From an uncultured Lentisphaeria bacterium (GTDB lineage Bacteria > Fidelibacterota > UBA8477 > JABMPR01), in the NCBI GenBank assembly GCA_964578155.1, contig CAZOBQ010000003.1, forward strand, positions 4,390 through 68,389: 64,000 nucleotides of DNA. Reading direction: 5' to 3'. Below the pieces are notes generated by a model. The model had not been told where the DNA came from. It did no database searches and saw only the letters and a program-made list of their open reading frames with translations. Within the stretch, counting starts at the first letter, position 1. Each line of letters begins with the position of its first letter. Positions 8,963 through 18,310 of this stretch are shown here, piece after piece. Both the position numbers and the translations under genes were made by a program.

Positions 8963-10889
8963 CTATTTTTCTTATGATGAGTTTTGATTGGTCAGCTGTA
9001 ACCGCTTCAGTAAAGAAGGTTTTGATCAAATTATAATTACGGGGTGGTTGAATAACCTGAGACAATTGATAGGACCTGGAAAATTGGACGATATCATTGT
9101 TTGGTTGAATTAATTTCCGAAACAAAAGCCCTGGGGCTTGTATGGTTATGTTATGCGGTGCCTCGACGACCTCATAACCTGATGGCAGGCTAAGGTTGAT
9201 TGTCTCCTGTGCTGTAAATTTATTATCAAATTCTATATTATGGGTACGTTGATCTCTAACGAGTGAGTTCTTCTTGAAAGCGGAATAAAAAGTAGTGGGT
9301 ATATACACCTGATCACCTGAGAAGTCAGCAAAATCCGGAATTTCAAATGACACTTTTGTTATTACTGGCTCATTAAGATCATCCATGGGAATCTCGTATG
9401 AGAAATCCTCTACAATGATGCCAGGGAATTGTGAAACAATATCCTCATAAGCGAATTTCTCATCATTCTCGGCCTTGTCGTAAGCCCTCCTGAGTGAAGT
9501 GGCATAGTATGCCGTAGAGCGAATTGAAAACGAGCCAGATAAGGTTCCGGTTTCATCCAGCTCACAAATGGATAGTACGACCTGCTTACTTCTCCCAAGT
9601 GAAGTAGGAAAGTCGATAAGTTTTTCATCCCCTTCTGATATGGGAAGACCTGTGCCACTGAGACTATTTGCCGGCATTAGATCAAAACCAAAGTAATCAT
9701 AAGCAACATCATGATATGAAGTTTTTGAGCCGTGCTTCAATTTCACAATAACATGGTTGAAGTCTCGCAAGTTTGGATGAATGGTGTTTACCCGTCCTCT
9801 TGGCCGTCTACTTATAAGTATGGGTTTTGCATCATATCCAGCCTCTCGGAGCAAGGCGACAAAGAGCAAATTTTTCTCTGAACGCGAAGCCTGCATGTCA
9901 CTAAGAACTTCATTGGCATAACGAGCCCAAATTCCGCCTTTAGTCCTGTGAGTGAAATTATTCTGAATGTAGGAGTATATCACCTGGGGAGAGGGGACAA
10001 TCTCAGTGCTATCTACAGGTATCTTTTTATACAACTTTGTTAGATTCCGAGTGGGTTTTAGATAAGATTCATATTGTGTGATCATTTTCTTTTTGAGATC
10101 TTGCCAATTGCCAATGAATGTATAGTGATTGTAAGGGTCTTTATAACTAACGAGCTGCATGTGAATTGACATGAGATGATCTTCTCTGTTATACATAAAT
10201 GCTTCATCTCTTACTGGGGGAATATTTTTAATTTCCCATAAATACCGATTCCCTTCGTCATTGGGCAGGTGGTATTTTTCTATCAAAGGTTCTGAATAAA
10301 CCGGTAATTGATTGCGAACTGAACCACTATATGAAAATCCCATGGGTAGGGTTAAAGTGAGCTGGGTGTACTCTCTCTGTAAGTATCCCTGAAGATATTT
10401 TGGTTGAATTACAGCCAATCGATCTGTCCTGAATTGGTATTGATACTCTATGATACAATTATCCTGTACACCGGGGAGGGCAAAGACTTTATAGCGCCAA
10501 CCCTCAGCTTCTCCTTCTTCAAAAATATCAGAGGACTTGAGTTTAATTCTTTCTCCATTTGGTAAAATTGTTTGGGCTTTTATTTGAAGAATACTTTCAT
10601 CGTGCCAAAAGGGAATTTTGATATTTGAATATTCCTTACCTGCTTCCGTAAAGATCTGAATGCGCCTATGATGAGATTTAACCATTTCCCAATTTGTTTT
10701 TTCTACTGACAGCTTCTCTAGATCAAAAACGATTACCGCATCAGGACTATCCTCATAGGGCGATTTAAGACGATCGAATGGAGCTGACTTATCTTTATTC
10801 CAATATTCTGGAAATAGCGTAGTCGATGCACATGAATTGAATAGCAGAACCGTACATAAAACCAACACACCTAACTGAATGGATTTCAA
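8955..10889 (-). CDS. Lipoprotein paralogue of the transglutaminase-like protein; predicted catalytic Cys replaced by Ser
   Basis: Homologous core (LLFVALLREAGYDAKPI...FNHVIVKL) with S at the Cys position. The longest ORF runs to 11042, but a probable TTG start at 10889 follows AAGGAGG and gives the lipoprotein signal MKSIQLGVLVLCTVLLFNSC. Confidence 0.6.
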   Translation of the reverse strand: MKSIQLGVLVLCTVLLFNSCASTTLFPEYWNKDKSAPFDRLKSPYEDSPDAVIVFDLEKLSVEKTNWEMVKSHHRRIQIFTEAGKEYSNIKIPFWHDESILQIKAQTILPNGERIKLKSSDIFEEGEAEGWRYKVFALPGVQDNCIIEYQYQFRTDRLAVIQPKYLQGYLQREYTQLTLTLPMGFSYSGSVRNQLPVYSEPLIEKYHLPNDEGNRYLWEIKNIPPVRDEAFMYNREDHLMSIHMQLVSYKDPYNHYTFIGNWQDLKKKMITQYESYLKPTRNLTKLYKKIPVDSTEIVPSPQVIYSYIQNNFTHRTKGGIWARYANEVLSDMQASRSEKNLLFVALLREAGYDAKPILISRRPRGRVNTIHPNLRDFNHVIVKLKHGSKTSYHDVAYDYFGFDLMPANSLSGTGLPISEGDEKLIDFPTSLGRSKQVVLSICELDETGTLSGSFSIRSTAYYATSLRRAYDKAENDEKFAYEDIVSQFPGIIVEDFSYEIPMDDLNEPVITKVSFEIPDFADFSGDQVYIPTTFYSAFKKNSLVRDQRTHNIEFDNKFTAQETINLSLPSGYEVVEAPHNITIQAPGLLFRKLIQPNNDIVQFSRSYQLSQVIQPPRNYNLIKTFFTEAVTADQSKLIIRKIDE

Positions 10890-11057
10890 CGTTCCCCTCC
10901 TTGTAATGGATATATTCCTAATTGCGGGTATTTTAAGTGTTTTAAAGGAGACTACAAACACATTAAGTGATCCCCGGGATATCTCGTCATTAAGATATAT
11001 GCGTTTATTGAAATAAAAAAATCCTGTTATATATTGAAACAAAATCCATTTTAAGGC

Positions 11058-11975
11058 ATGTATATAAAGGTCATGGATAATCAGAGAATCAAATTTACCC
11101 TGCTGCTACTTCTAATGGTTTCAGCCGTCTATGCCGAGACACCTTCCTATCAACTTTTGAACTATCCATTTAGCAACCGCTCCGCAGCAATGGGTGGTGG
11201 GCGAGCAGTTGATCCATCAGGGAATATGGATATTCAAGGGAATCCGGCCAACGCCAGTTTTGTCAAAAACATTCAAATTCAAACGGGCTATATCAATCAT
11301 GTGGTTGGAATAAAAGGATATTCCATGGGAGGTGTCATGCCATTAGAGCGACATCGTCTTAGTGTGGAAACCATCTATTTCAATTATGGTGATTTTAATA
11401 AAACCAGTATTACAGGAGTCAATGAAGGTGTTTTTAGTGTCCAGGAATTGTCCACAAGCCTGGGATATGTCTTTCAATTTTCCGAATCTGTACGTCTGGG
11501 AACTCGGGTGGGGGTTTTTCAACAGACTGCAGATGCCCGTTCATTATCTGATTCTTATTATGACCTGGGTGCTATTTACCACAAAGAACTTGATTCGCTC
11601 ACCATCGGTGTTTTTCTAGTGTCAGCCCCATTGGGCGCCAGTGCAGAGCAATTTCCAACCCAGTTGCGCGTGGGATCATCCAAAATCTTGTCTCACTTGC
11701 CTTTACGTTTGAATCTGGAAGGGATCTACGATTTTGAGAACCAATTTCGCTTCGCTGTGGGTGCAGAAATTCTCATACATCCAAGTTTCAAAGTTCGGCT
11801 GGGAATAAATTCAAATCGTTTTGATCTGCAGACTGGCATTAGTGAGTCAGACTTTACTGCTGGCATGTCTGCTGGCTTTGCCTTTGATTGGCATGGAATT
11901 ATGATTGAATCAGCCACTCAGAGTTTTGGTGCTCTGGGCTGGGTCAGCCAGATGGGTGTTTCGTACCATCTCTAG
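11058..11975 (+). CDS. Putative outer-membrane beta-barrel protein (possibly T9SS PorP/SprF- or PorQ-like)
   Basis: Signal peptide. Alternating amphipathic beta-strand pattern with aromatic C-terminus (VSYHL). The family assignment is not secure. Confidence 0.4.
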   Translation: MYIKVMDNQRIKFTLLLLLMVSAVYAETPSYQLLNYPFSNRSAAMGGGRAVDPSGNMDIQGNPANASFVKNIQIQTGYINHVVGIKGYSMGGVMPLERHRLSVETIYFNYGDFNKTSITGVNEGVFSVQELSTSLGYVFQFSESVRLGTRVGVFQQTADARSLSDSYYDLGAIYHKELDSLTIGVFLVSAPLGASAEQFPTQLRVGSSKILSHLPLRLNLEGIYDFENQFRFAVGAEILIHPSFKVRLGINSNRFDLQTGISESDFTAGMSAGFAFDWHGIMIESATQSFGALGWVSQMGVSYHL

Positions 11976-11985
11976 CTTGCTGCAA

Positions 11986-13755
11986 TTATTTCAAATACAC
12001 CATCTTAACGACGCTCGAAACCTCACCTGCTGTTAGTCGAGCAAAGTAGACACCTGTACTGACCTGCTTACCGGATGCATCTGTTCCATTCCACTTGACT
12101 TCGAATTGCCCAATTGGTTTTATCTCTGAAACTAGGTCCCTGACATTTCGTCCCATGACGTCATATATAGTTAGCGTAACAGATGATAACTCAGGTGTGT
12201 CATATCTGATGGTTGTTGTTGGGTTGAATGGATTTGGGTATGCGGGATGAAGAATATACTCTTGGGGAGTAAACGAACGATTCTCTTCAATTGCAACTGG
12301 CTTTGGATTACCAAGTTCACCATCACCATTGATGTGTTGCGCGAAGCTTCCAAATGGCCAGCCACTTGTCCATGCGACAATTGCACCATCAGTACCATCG
12401 CTTGTTGCGACTGGAAAAAACTGCTTTCCTATTCGCCTAATGATTGGTATCCCATTCTCCTGCCACTGAACCTCACCATGTTGACCAAGCTTCTGGCCAT
12501 AAACATCATACTCTAAAGAGTCCCAATCTCTGGTATCAGACCAAAGGATAAAGACACTGGTATCCGGTAAAGTGATCATATCGGGGCTTAATATCTGACC
12601 TTCAATAACATGATCAACAATTGGGATAGGTGTTTCCCATAAGAGCTCCCCTGTTGGTGAGATTCTTTGTGCGTATATGTCCTTATAGAAGAGACTATCA
12701 TCATTCCAAAACTCATAAGCGAATACCACTGAATTATCTTGAAGGCGTGTCCATGAAGCAAGGCCGCTGTAATTGTCAGCAGTATTACCTTTAAGTTCAA
12801 CTCCCTGGTCACCCCATAATAGATCACCACTAGAAGAGATACGATTGATAAAATAGTTGAATGGCTCTGTTACACTCCAGTGATAGAAGTAGGCTCCCCC
12901 CTCGCCATCAGGGAGCATCTGGTTTTCATAGTTATAATAACCCCAAATTGGATATGATTCTGATACCCAGTCAACGAACCCAAAATCAGTAACATGATGA
13001 AAACGAATAAAGTCATTATAATCAGCATCAGTCCAGTACATGCTTATAATCACTCCATCAGTATCATCTAGCACCATATCCATAAAATAGCGACTGAATC
13101 CCTTGCTAGTATCTATAGCAACCCCATTGGTCCAGAGTAATTCACCCTCGGAGCTAATATGCTGAAGGTAGATTTCATCTTCCTTATTATTGGATGTATA
13201 AGGATCGAGGTAATAGTAGACAAAAGCACCACCCTCCCCATCTGAGATTACCTCAGCCCCTTCCATGTCTATACGGCCATGGATTGGTTCTCGCAGGTTA
13301 ATACCATCTGGTCCCCAGAGGAGACTACCATCAGGGGCAACTCTTTGCAGATAAACATCTGAGCTATCATAAATATTCATCCATGTTGTATCATGCCTCT
13401 GATGGTCCTCCCAAGCTAGGATTAATCCGTGTGCGCCATCTGATACTGCGCTTTTTAGGACCTGGGGCCACAGGTTCACGGATACCCATACTTCTGCTCC
13501 ACCCCATCCTAGTATACCATCATGATTTATTTTTTTAACGATTACCTCATCCCAGTGATAGTTTAAATTTGGTTCTTCGACAACACAATAGGCTCCTCCA
13601 TACCCATCAGACACAATCGCATTTGGGTCGCGTCTAAGGGAGACTTCTACACTTTCTTCATAACTTTGGGTCCATTGAGCAAATAACGAATCACTAACAA
13701 CAAGTAGGATTATTACATATAATAGTGGAATCAAAAATGTAGAACTTCGCCGCAT
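11986..13755 (-). CDS. Secreted beta-propeller-like repeat protein with T9SS C-terminal sorting domain
   Basis: Signal peptide. Repeated DG..GG..W / LLWG motifs. C-terminal YPNPFNPTTTIRY...VYLK domain. Confidence 0.7.
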   Translation of the reverse strand: MRRSSTFLIPLLYVIILLVVSDSLFAQWTQSYEESVEVSLRRDPNAIVSDGYGGAYCVVEEPNLNYHWDEVIVKKINHDGILGWGGAEVWVSVNLWPQVLKSAVSDGAHGLILAWEDHQRHDTTWMNIYDSSDVYLQRVAPDGSLLWGPDGINLREPIHGRIDMEGAEVISDGEGGAFVYYYLDPYTSNNKEDEIYLQHISSEGELLWTNGVAIDTSKGFSRYFMDMVLDDTDGVIISMYWTDADYNDFIRFHHVTDFGFVDWVSESYPIWGYYNYENQMLPDGEGGAYFYHWSVTEPFNYFINRISSSGDLLWGDQGVELKGNTADNYSGLASWTRLQDNSVVFAYEFWNDDSLFYKDIYAQRISPTGELLWETPIPIVDHVIEGQILSPDMITLPDTSVFILWSDTRDWDSLEYDVYGQKLGQHGEVQWQENGIPIIRRIGKQFFPVATSDGTDGAIVAWTSGWPFGSFAQHINGDGELGNPKPVAIEENRSFTPQEYILHPAYPNPFNPTTTIRYDTPELSSVTLTIYDVMGRNVRDLVSEIKPIGQFEVKWNGTDASGKQVSTGVYFARLTAGEVSSVVKMVYLK

Positions 13756-13811
13756 TCAAGGTGCCTTATTATGAATATTGCTTAATATTAGTTAAAGATA
13801 CCCACAAGAAA

Positions 13812-13844
13812 TAAAAAACCCACCGAAATACGGTGGGTTTTTTG
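13812..13844. terminator. Bidirectional rho-independent terminator hairpin
   Basis: aaaaaacccaccgaaatacggtgggtttttt: a 7-bp GC-rich stem flanked by an A-run and a T-run. It lies downstream of the convergently ending minus-strand gene 13863-17105. Confidence 0.6.
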
Positions 13845-13862
13845 TCCTGTTTGGATGTAGGA

Positions 13863-16800
13863 TCAATACAGGAATTTTATAGCGAACATGGCGCCAACAC
13901 CAGCCAAGGTGATAAGGAAAGCGCCCATCTGACGAATAGGTGTCTTGGGATCCTGAAAGACGTTCACCTCAAACTCATGTAAATTTGATGAACCACGCGA
14001 ATCAATCATTTCAATGATAAATTTATTTGAGCCCTCATTGGATTTATCCGGTGTCCAGGTGATGAGGCCTAAGGCTTCATCCATTTCAGCGCCATTGGGT
14101 AGCAGAACTTTCGCATAATCAATGCCATCTTCATTCAAATCGCGAGAAGACAATTGATAGCGATATTCACGATCGGTAAGAACCACTGCTGATGGCGTAG
14201 AAGTAACTTCCGGTAAAGCATTCACAAATAGTGCAACATTCTGGACGTTTGTGGCATAACCATCAGTTACGCTCACTTTAAACTGAGCCTGATTGATTTG
14301 ATCAATCCCAGGTGTCCAGCTCACGATTGAGCCATCCTTAATGTGTACACCTTCTGGAGCTTCAAAAACTTTATAAATAAGATTTTGGTCTGTGTTCAGA
14401 TCCAAGGCCTTGATCTCATAGATGTATTCCTGCCCGGCAATTGCCATGGTGTCAGGCTTGGAAACGATGAGAGGTGGGGCATTTGCATACACCGTGAATT
14501 TATGAGTATCTGAGCTGTATTTATCCGAAACCTTGACAAAGACTTCGTTCCAGCCCTTTTGGTCTTTAGAAGGAGTCCAGGTGATCTGACCAGTCGGGGA
14601 AATGGTCATCCCTTTAGGCGCCGTGAGGAAAGCGTAATTGAGCTTCTGTCCTTTATTCAGGTCTGTCACGGGCATGTTTGTGGTATAAGGTCGTGCAACC
14701 ATAGCAAGGGTGTCAGCAACACCACCTAGAACAGGTGTGCTATTGACATAAAGTGTCACCTTCTGTAAATCATCACCTAAGCCGTCAGAGACTGAAATGG
14801 TGAATGTCTGTCTACCTAAATCAGATTCTGTTGGGGTCCAGGTAATCCGGCCTCTGCGACTGATGGTCAAACTGGGGATACTACTTTCAGAAACCAGGAA
14901 GCTTATATCTTGGTTGTTGTTTGGATCTTCAACCTCAACATTGTAATTCCATGGTTTTCCAACCGGGACATGCTCCTGATAGTTGGAGGAAATAATAGGT
15001 GGTGTGTTGGCAAATAGGGTAAAGGAATCTAACACGGTTGACATATCATCCGTGAGCTCAAAGAGAATATCATAGAACCCTGTTTGCCTGGACTCTGGTG
15101 TCCAGGTGATCCGGCCGGATGATTCCATCACTAGATTTTGGGGTGCTCTCAAGGAAATCACACGGGCAGTATTTGGTGTGTTCTTATCCTGGATTTTAAC
15201 TTGTCCAATATATGGTTCATTGATGAAAGCAACGGGAGCAGGTTTCTCCAGGATCAGTGGTAAAATATTGACATAGATTGGAAATTTCTGAAGCGTTCTC
15301 TCAAAGCCATCACTCACACTCAGAGTCACATACTGGCTATCCAGTTGTGTATCACTGGGGAGCCAGCGGATGAGACCATCGTTATCTACCTGCATTCCCG
15401 ATGGGGATGCAATGAGCTCATATTCAAAATATTGCTCTTCGTTTAAGTCTTCCAACTGAACCTGATATAGATATTGTTGTCCGGTTTGGGCCAGCTCTGG
15501 CGGTGTTGAGAAAATTTCTGGTAAATGATTGACGTATAAGGTGAGGCTCGTATCCAGCTGTTGGCCAAAGGAATAGGAAATCTGATGATATCCCAGTTGG
15601 TCTTCTGCCGGGTTCCATCTCAGGACAAAATCTTTTCCAAGGCGCATGCCTTCAGGGTAGGTTTTGAATTTCACATAAGCTTGACCTGGGTCCATTTCGT
15701 CTTGGCGTGGAATATTATGGGTAAAACTTTCCCCGACGTGTAAGATCAAATCTGGTGATTTAGGTTTTCTGCGAATTTCAGGGGCAGGAGTTTCTTCCTC
15801 CACCAAGTCTGCTGTTTTTTCCATGACATCTACTGGCTCGGCTGGGTTAGCCGTTTCATCAACCATTACTTCTTCAGGTGCGTCCTCGGCTTCTTGACTT
15901 TCTGCCATGACGTCATCTTCCTCTGAACCAACGGCATAAAATTTATAGCGACCACTTTTGTTTACCAGCAGTCCATCACGAAATACAAAGACGTCCTGGG
16001 CTACGATTTCCTCATCAAGCAGGGAGCTAAACTGATCAAAGCCGTTTTCTTTACCGTGTTGTTCCATGAAAAGGACTTGATTTCCAGTTTGGATGAGGGC
16101 TTCGACGAGACCATCGCCATCCAGGTCACTAAAATTTAGGTTTCTAATTGCCTGGGAAAAATTCTTCCATACGGAACCACCTTGCTTTGCATCATACTGG
16201 TAAATATTGCCTTTCGAACTACCCAAAAACAGATCCTGTGAACCTGACTCGTTTAGATCAGCAGCAATGACACCGCCAGAGCGAACGAGTTCACTTCCGC
16301 CAGACATGAGCTTCATAGGAGCTAATGTTTTATGTGTATATGTATCTTCAGCAGTGGAGATGATACCGGCAGTGATGAGTTGGCCACCTTGTTTCTGTAG
16401 GAGCAGAACATCACTATTATCGTCATTGTCCACATCATAAACGGCTAGAATGATTGATGCTGGGACCTGACTCATGCTGGCAGGTAAACCGGCATATTCG
16501 ATCTTTATATCTGCCGTACTGAGATCACCTTCAAATTCAACGATGAGTAAATTGGCCTGTGGAGCACTGAGAGAAATGATAAGCTCACTCAGCCCATCAC
16601 GGTCAACATCACCAACTTCGATTTGTCCAGGTCTGGCATAGAGACCGTTATCGGGGGCCCAACCCCATTGAAAGCTAGGAATAAATTCGAATTCACGACC
16701 GGTCCATTCAAAGCCATACATCCATGGAGCGCTATTGCCCGATGTGGCTGAGATAAGTTTAGAAATGGCGATCAGTTCAGGTCTACCGTTAAGATTTAGG

Positions 16801-17105
16801 TCAGCCAGGGTAAAGTCAACCCACTCTCCGATTAAATTCTCAGGAAGGGAAAAATGCCAGGTGAGTTCGAATTCACCTGCAGGTGAAACACTGAATGTGA
16901 TGAGCTCGGAGTTGGAGCCGGCTACTTTTCGAATCGCTCCAAAATCGTTATCCCCATCGTGGTCAAGATCACCCAGATCCATAATAGAATGGATGTCTTG
17001 AATGTCACTTGCACCCCAAAGTGGGACTGCTGAAACACCTATGAAGAGTGAGGCCAGCAAGATGTGACGTAGTATTACATGGCTAAAAAAATGTTTGCTC
17101 ATCAT
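13863..17105 (-). CDS. Large cell-surface adhesin-like protein with FG-GAP/VCBS-like Asp-rich repeats, multiple putative Ig-like (ITWTP-type) repeats, and a C-terminal TM anchor
   Basis: Signal peptide. DLDHDGDNDF and VDRDG calcium-binding-like motifs. Six or more repeats containing G.ITWTP...SVSDG. A C-terminal hydrophobic helix ending MGAFLITLAGVGAMFAIKFLY. Confidence 0.75.
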   Translation of the reverse strand: MMSKHFFSHVILRHILLASLFIGVSAVPLWGASDIQDIHSIMDLGDLDHDGDNDFGAIRKVAGSNSELITFSVSPAGEFELTWHFSLPENLIGEWVDFTLADLNLNGRPELIAISKLISATSGNSAPWMYGFEWTGREFEFIPSFQWGWAPDNGLYARPGQIEVGDVDRDGLSELIISLSAPQANLLIVEFEGDLSTADIKIEYAGLPASMSQVPASIILAVYDVDNDDNSDVLLLQKQGGQLITAGIISTAEDTYTHKTLAPMKLMSGGSELVRSGGVIAADLNESGSQDLFLGSSKGNIYQYDAKQGGSVWKNFSQAIRNLNFSDLDGDGLVEALIQTGNQVLFMEQHGKENGFDQFSSLLDEEIVAQDVFVFRDGLLVNKSGRYKFYAVGSEEDDVMAESQEAEDAPEEVMVDETANPAEPVDVMEKTADLVEEETPAPEIRRKPKSPDLILHVGESFTHNIPRQDEMDPGQAYVKFKTYPEGMRLGKDFVLRWNPAEDQLGYHQISYSFGQQLDTSLTLYVNHLPEIFSTPPELAQTGQQYLYQVQLEDLNEEQYFEYELIASPSGMQVDNDGLIRWLPSDTQLDSQYVTLSVSDGFERTLQKFPIYVNILPLILEKPAPVAFINEPYIGQVKIQDKNTPNTARVISLRAPQNLVMESSGRITWTPESRQTGFYDILFELTDDMSTVLDSFTLFANTPPIISSNYQEHVPVGKPWNYNVEVEDPNNNQDISFLVSESSIPSLTISRRGRITWTPTESDLGRQTFTISVSDGLGDDLQKVTLYVNSTPVLGGVADTLAMVARPYTTNMPVTDLNKGQKLNYAFLTAPKGMTISPTGQITWTPSKDQKGWNEVFVKVSDKYSSDTHKFTVYANAPPLIVSKPDTMAIAGQEYIYEIKALDLNTDQNLIYKVFEAPEGVHIKDGSIVSWTPGIDQINQAQFKVSVTDGYATNVQNVALFVNALPEVTSTPSAVVLTDREYRYQLSSRDLNEDGIDYAKVLLPNGAEMDEALGLITWTPDKSNEGSNKFIIEMIDSRGSSNLHEFEVNVFQDPKTPIRQMGAFLITLAGVGAMFAIKFLY

Positions 17106-17378
17106 GAAAACCCATTTCTTTACGGTTAAAACTATTGAATCCTACTCCAAACTTTAAACCAATTTATGGGGCTAAGCTCCTGTATGCAATATAAATTTAA
17201 GCTGACACTTAAAGTAAATTCTTAAAAGACTTGTGTAAAAAATTGAGAGAACATATATTGTGTCAACAACTTGCTTTAAAATGTAAAGAAGTACAAGTTA
17301 CCAGAGAATTAATATTAGATCTCAAGAATCGAGGGGTCTGGTTCTGGCGATTCGCCGTAATAAGGAGGTAAGGGAATA

Positions 17379-18119
17379 ATGAAGCAATGGACAAAAACAC
17401 TGGTTGCGATAACACTGCTCATAGGGTCAATCCAGGCTCAGTTTGCTGAGGGTCAACCTGCGCTTAGGGGTGCCATAGGACCGGCATTTTCATTTATGCT
17501 CGCATTTGAACTTGATGATGCAGCCTTTGCAGACCTGGGTTCCTTTACTCTAGATTTTGATATTACAAATACAGCCAATGGAAATGATATCAACAAAAAT
17601 GGCATGCTTGTTACTGGTTTTGAGGGTTTTGGGGAAGTGACTCCACACTGGACCATAGGAATGTATGCAGGCCAGGGTGAGTATTCAGGCACGGGTCAAG
17701 ACGCAGCTGATGTTGACTACTACATAGACTTTATAGTAAGCCAGGTTGGTGTGACTGCAGAATTTAATACCCATTCCAGAGCACGACTAAAATTGCTGGG
17801 TGGTTCCCTCTTTGGGATTGGACAGGTTTCACTGAGCGCAAGCTCTTCACCGGGAAACGAGGATTGGAGTAGTGTGGTTTCAGGGACAACACCACGTTCT
17901 GCTTTTGAATTGTCGGCATTTACACCGGTCATTCAACCCTATTTGGGCTTCCGGTTTGATATTTCGCGCTCCATGGGCTTTAAAGCGATTGCCGGCTGGA
18001 ATGAACAGGTTGCTGCCGCAGGTAGTTGGAAACTATATCACCAGAAGGCGATTGCTGATTCACCGGAAGTTGCTTTACGAGCATTATTTTTTCGCTCACA
18101 GCTCTATGTAATCCTTTAA
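17379..18119 (+). CDS. Secreted hypothetical protein (possible small outer-membrane beta-barrel)
   Basis: AAGGAGG RBS. Signal peptide MKQWTKTLVAITLLIGSIQAQ. No recognisable catalytic motif. Confidence 0.5.
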   Translation: MKQWTKTLVAITLLIGSIQAQFAEGQPALRGAIGPAFSFMLAFELDDAAFADLGSFTLDFDITNTANGNDINKNGMLVTGFEGFGEVTPHWTIGMYAGQGEYSGTGQDAADVDYYIDFIVSQVGVTAEFNTHSRARLKLLGGSLFGIGQVSLSASSSPGNEDWSSVVSGTTPRSAFELSAFTPVIQPYLGFRFDISRSMGFKAIAGWNEQVAAAGSWKLYHQKAIADSPEVALRALFFRSQLYVIL

Positions 18120-18310
18120 AAGAAGCCATAGGGGTGTTTAGCTAAACATATTCCACGTTACAGAATCTTGTAACCATAAGCGTCTATATCGTTCTAATAT
18201 TATAAGGTATCTTCAAAATGGATGCTTTCATCAATTCATTCTGACCACTATTTTAAAGGTCGAGAAAATTGAGGGGAACCATAGAAGGAATTTGGATTAA
18301 TAGAATAGTT

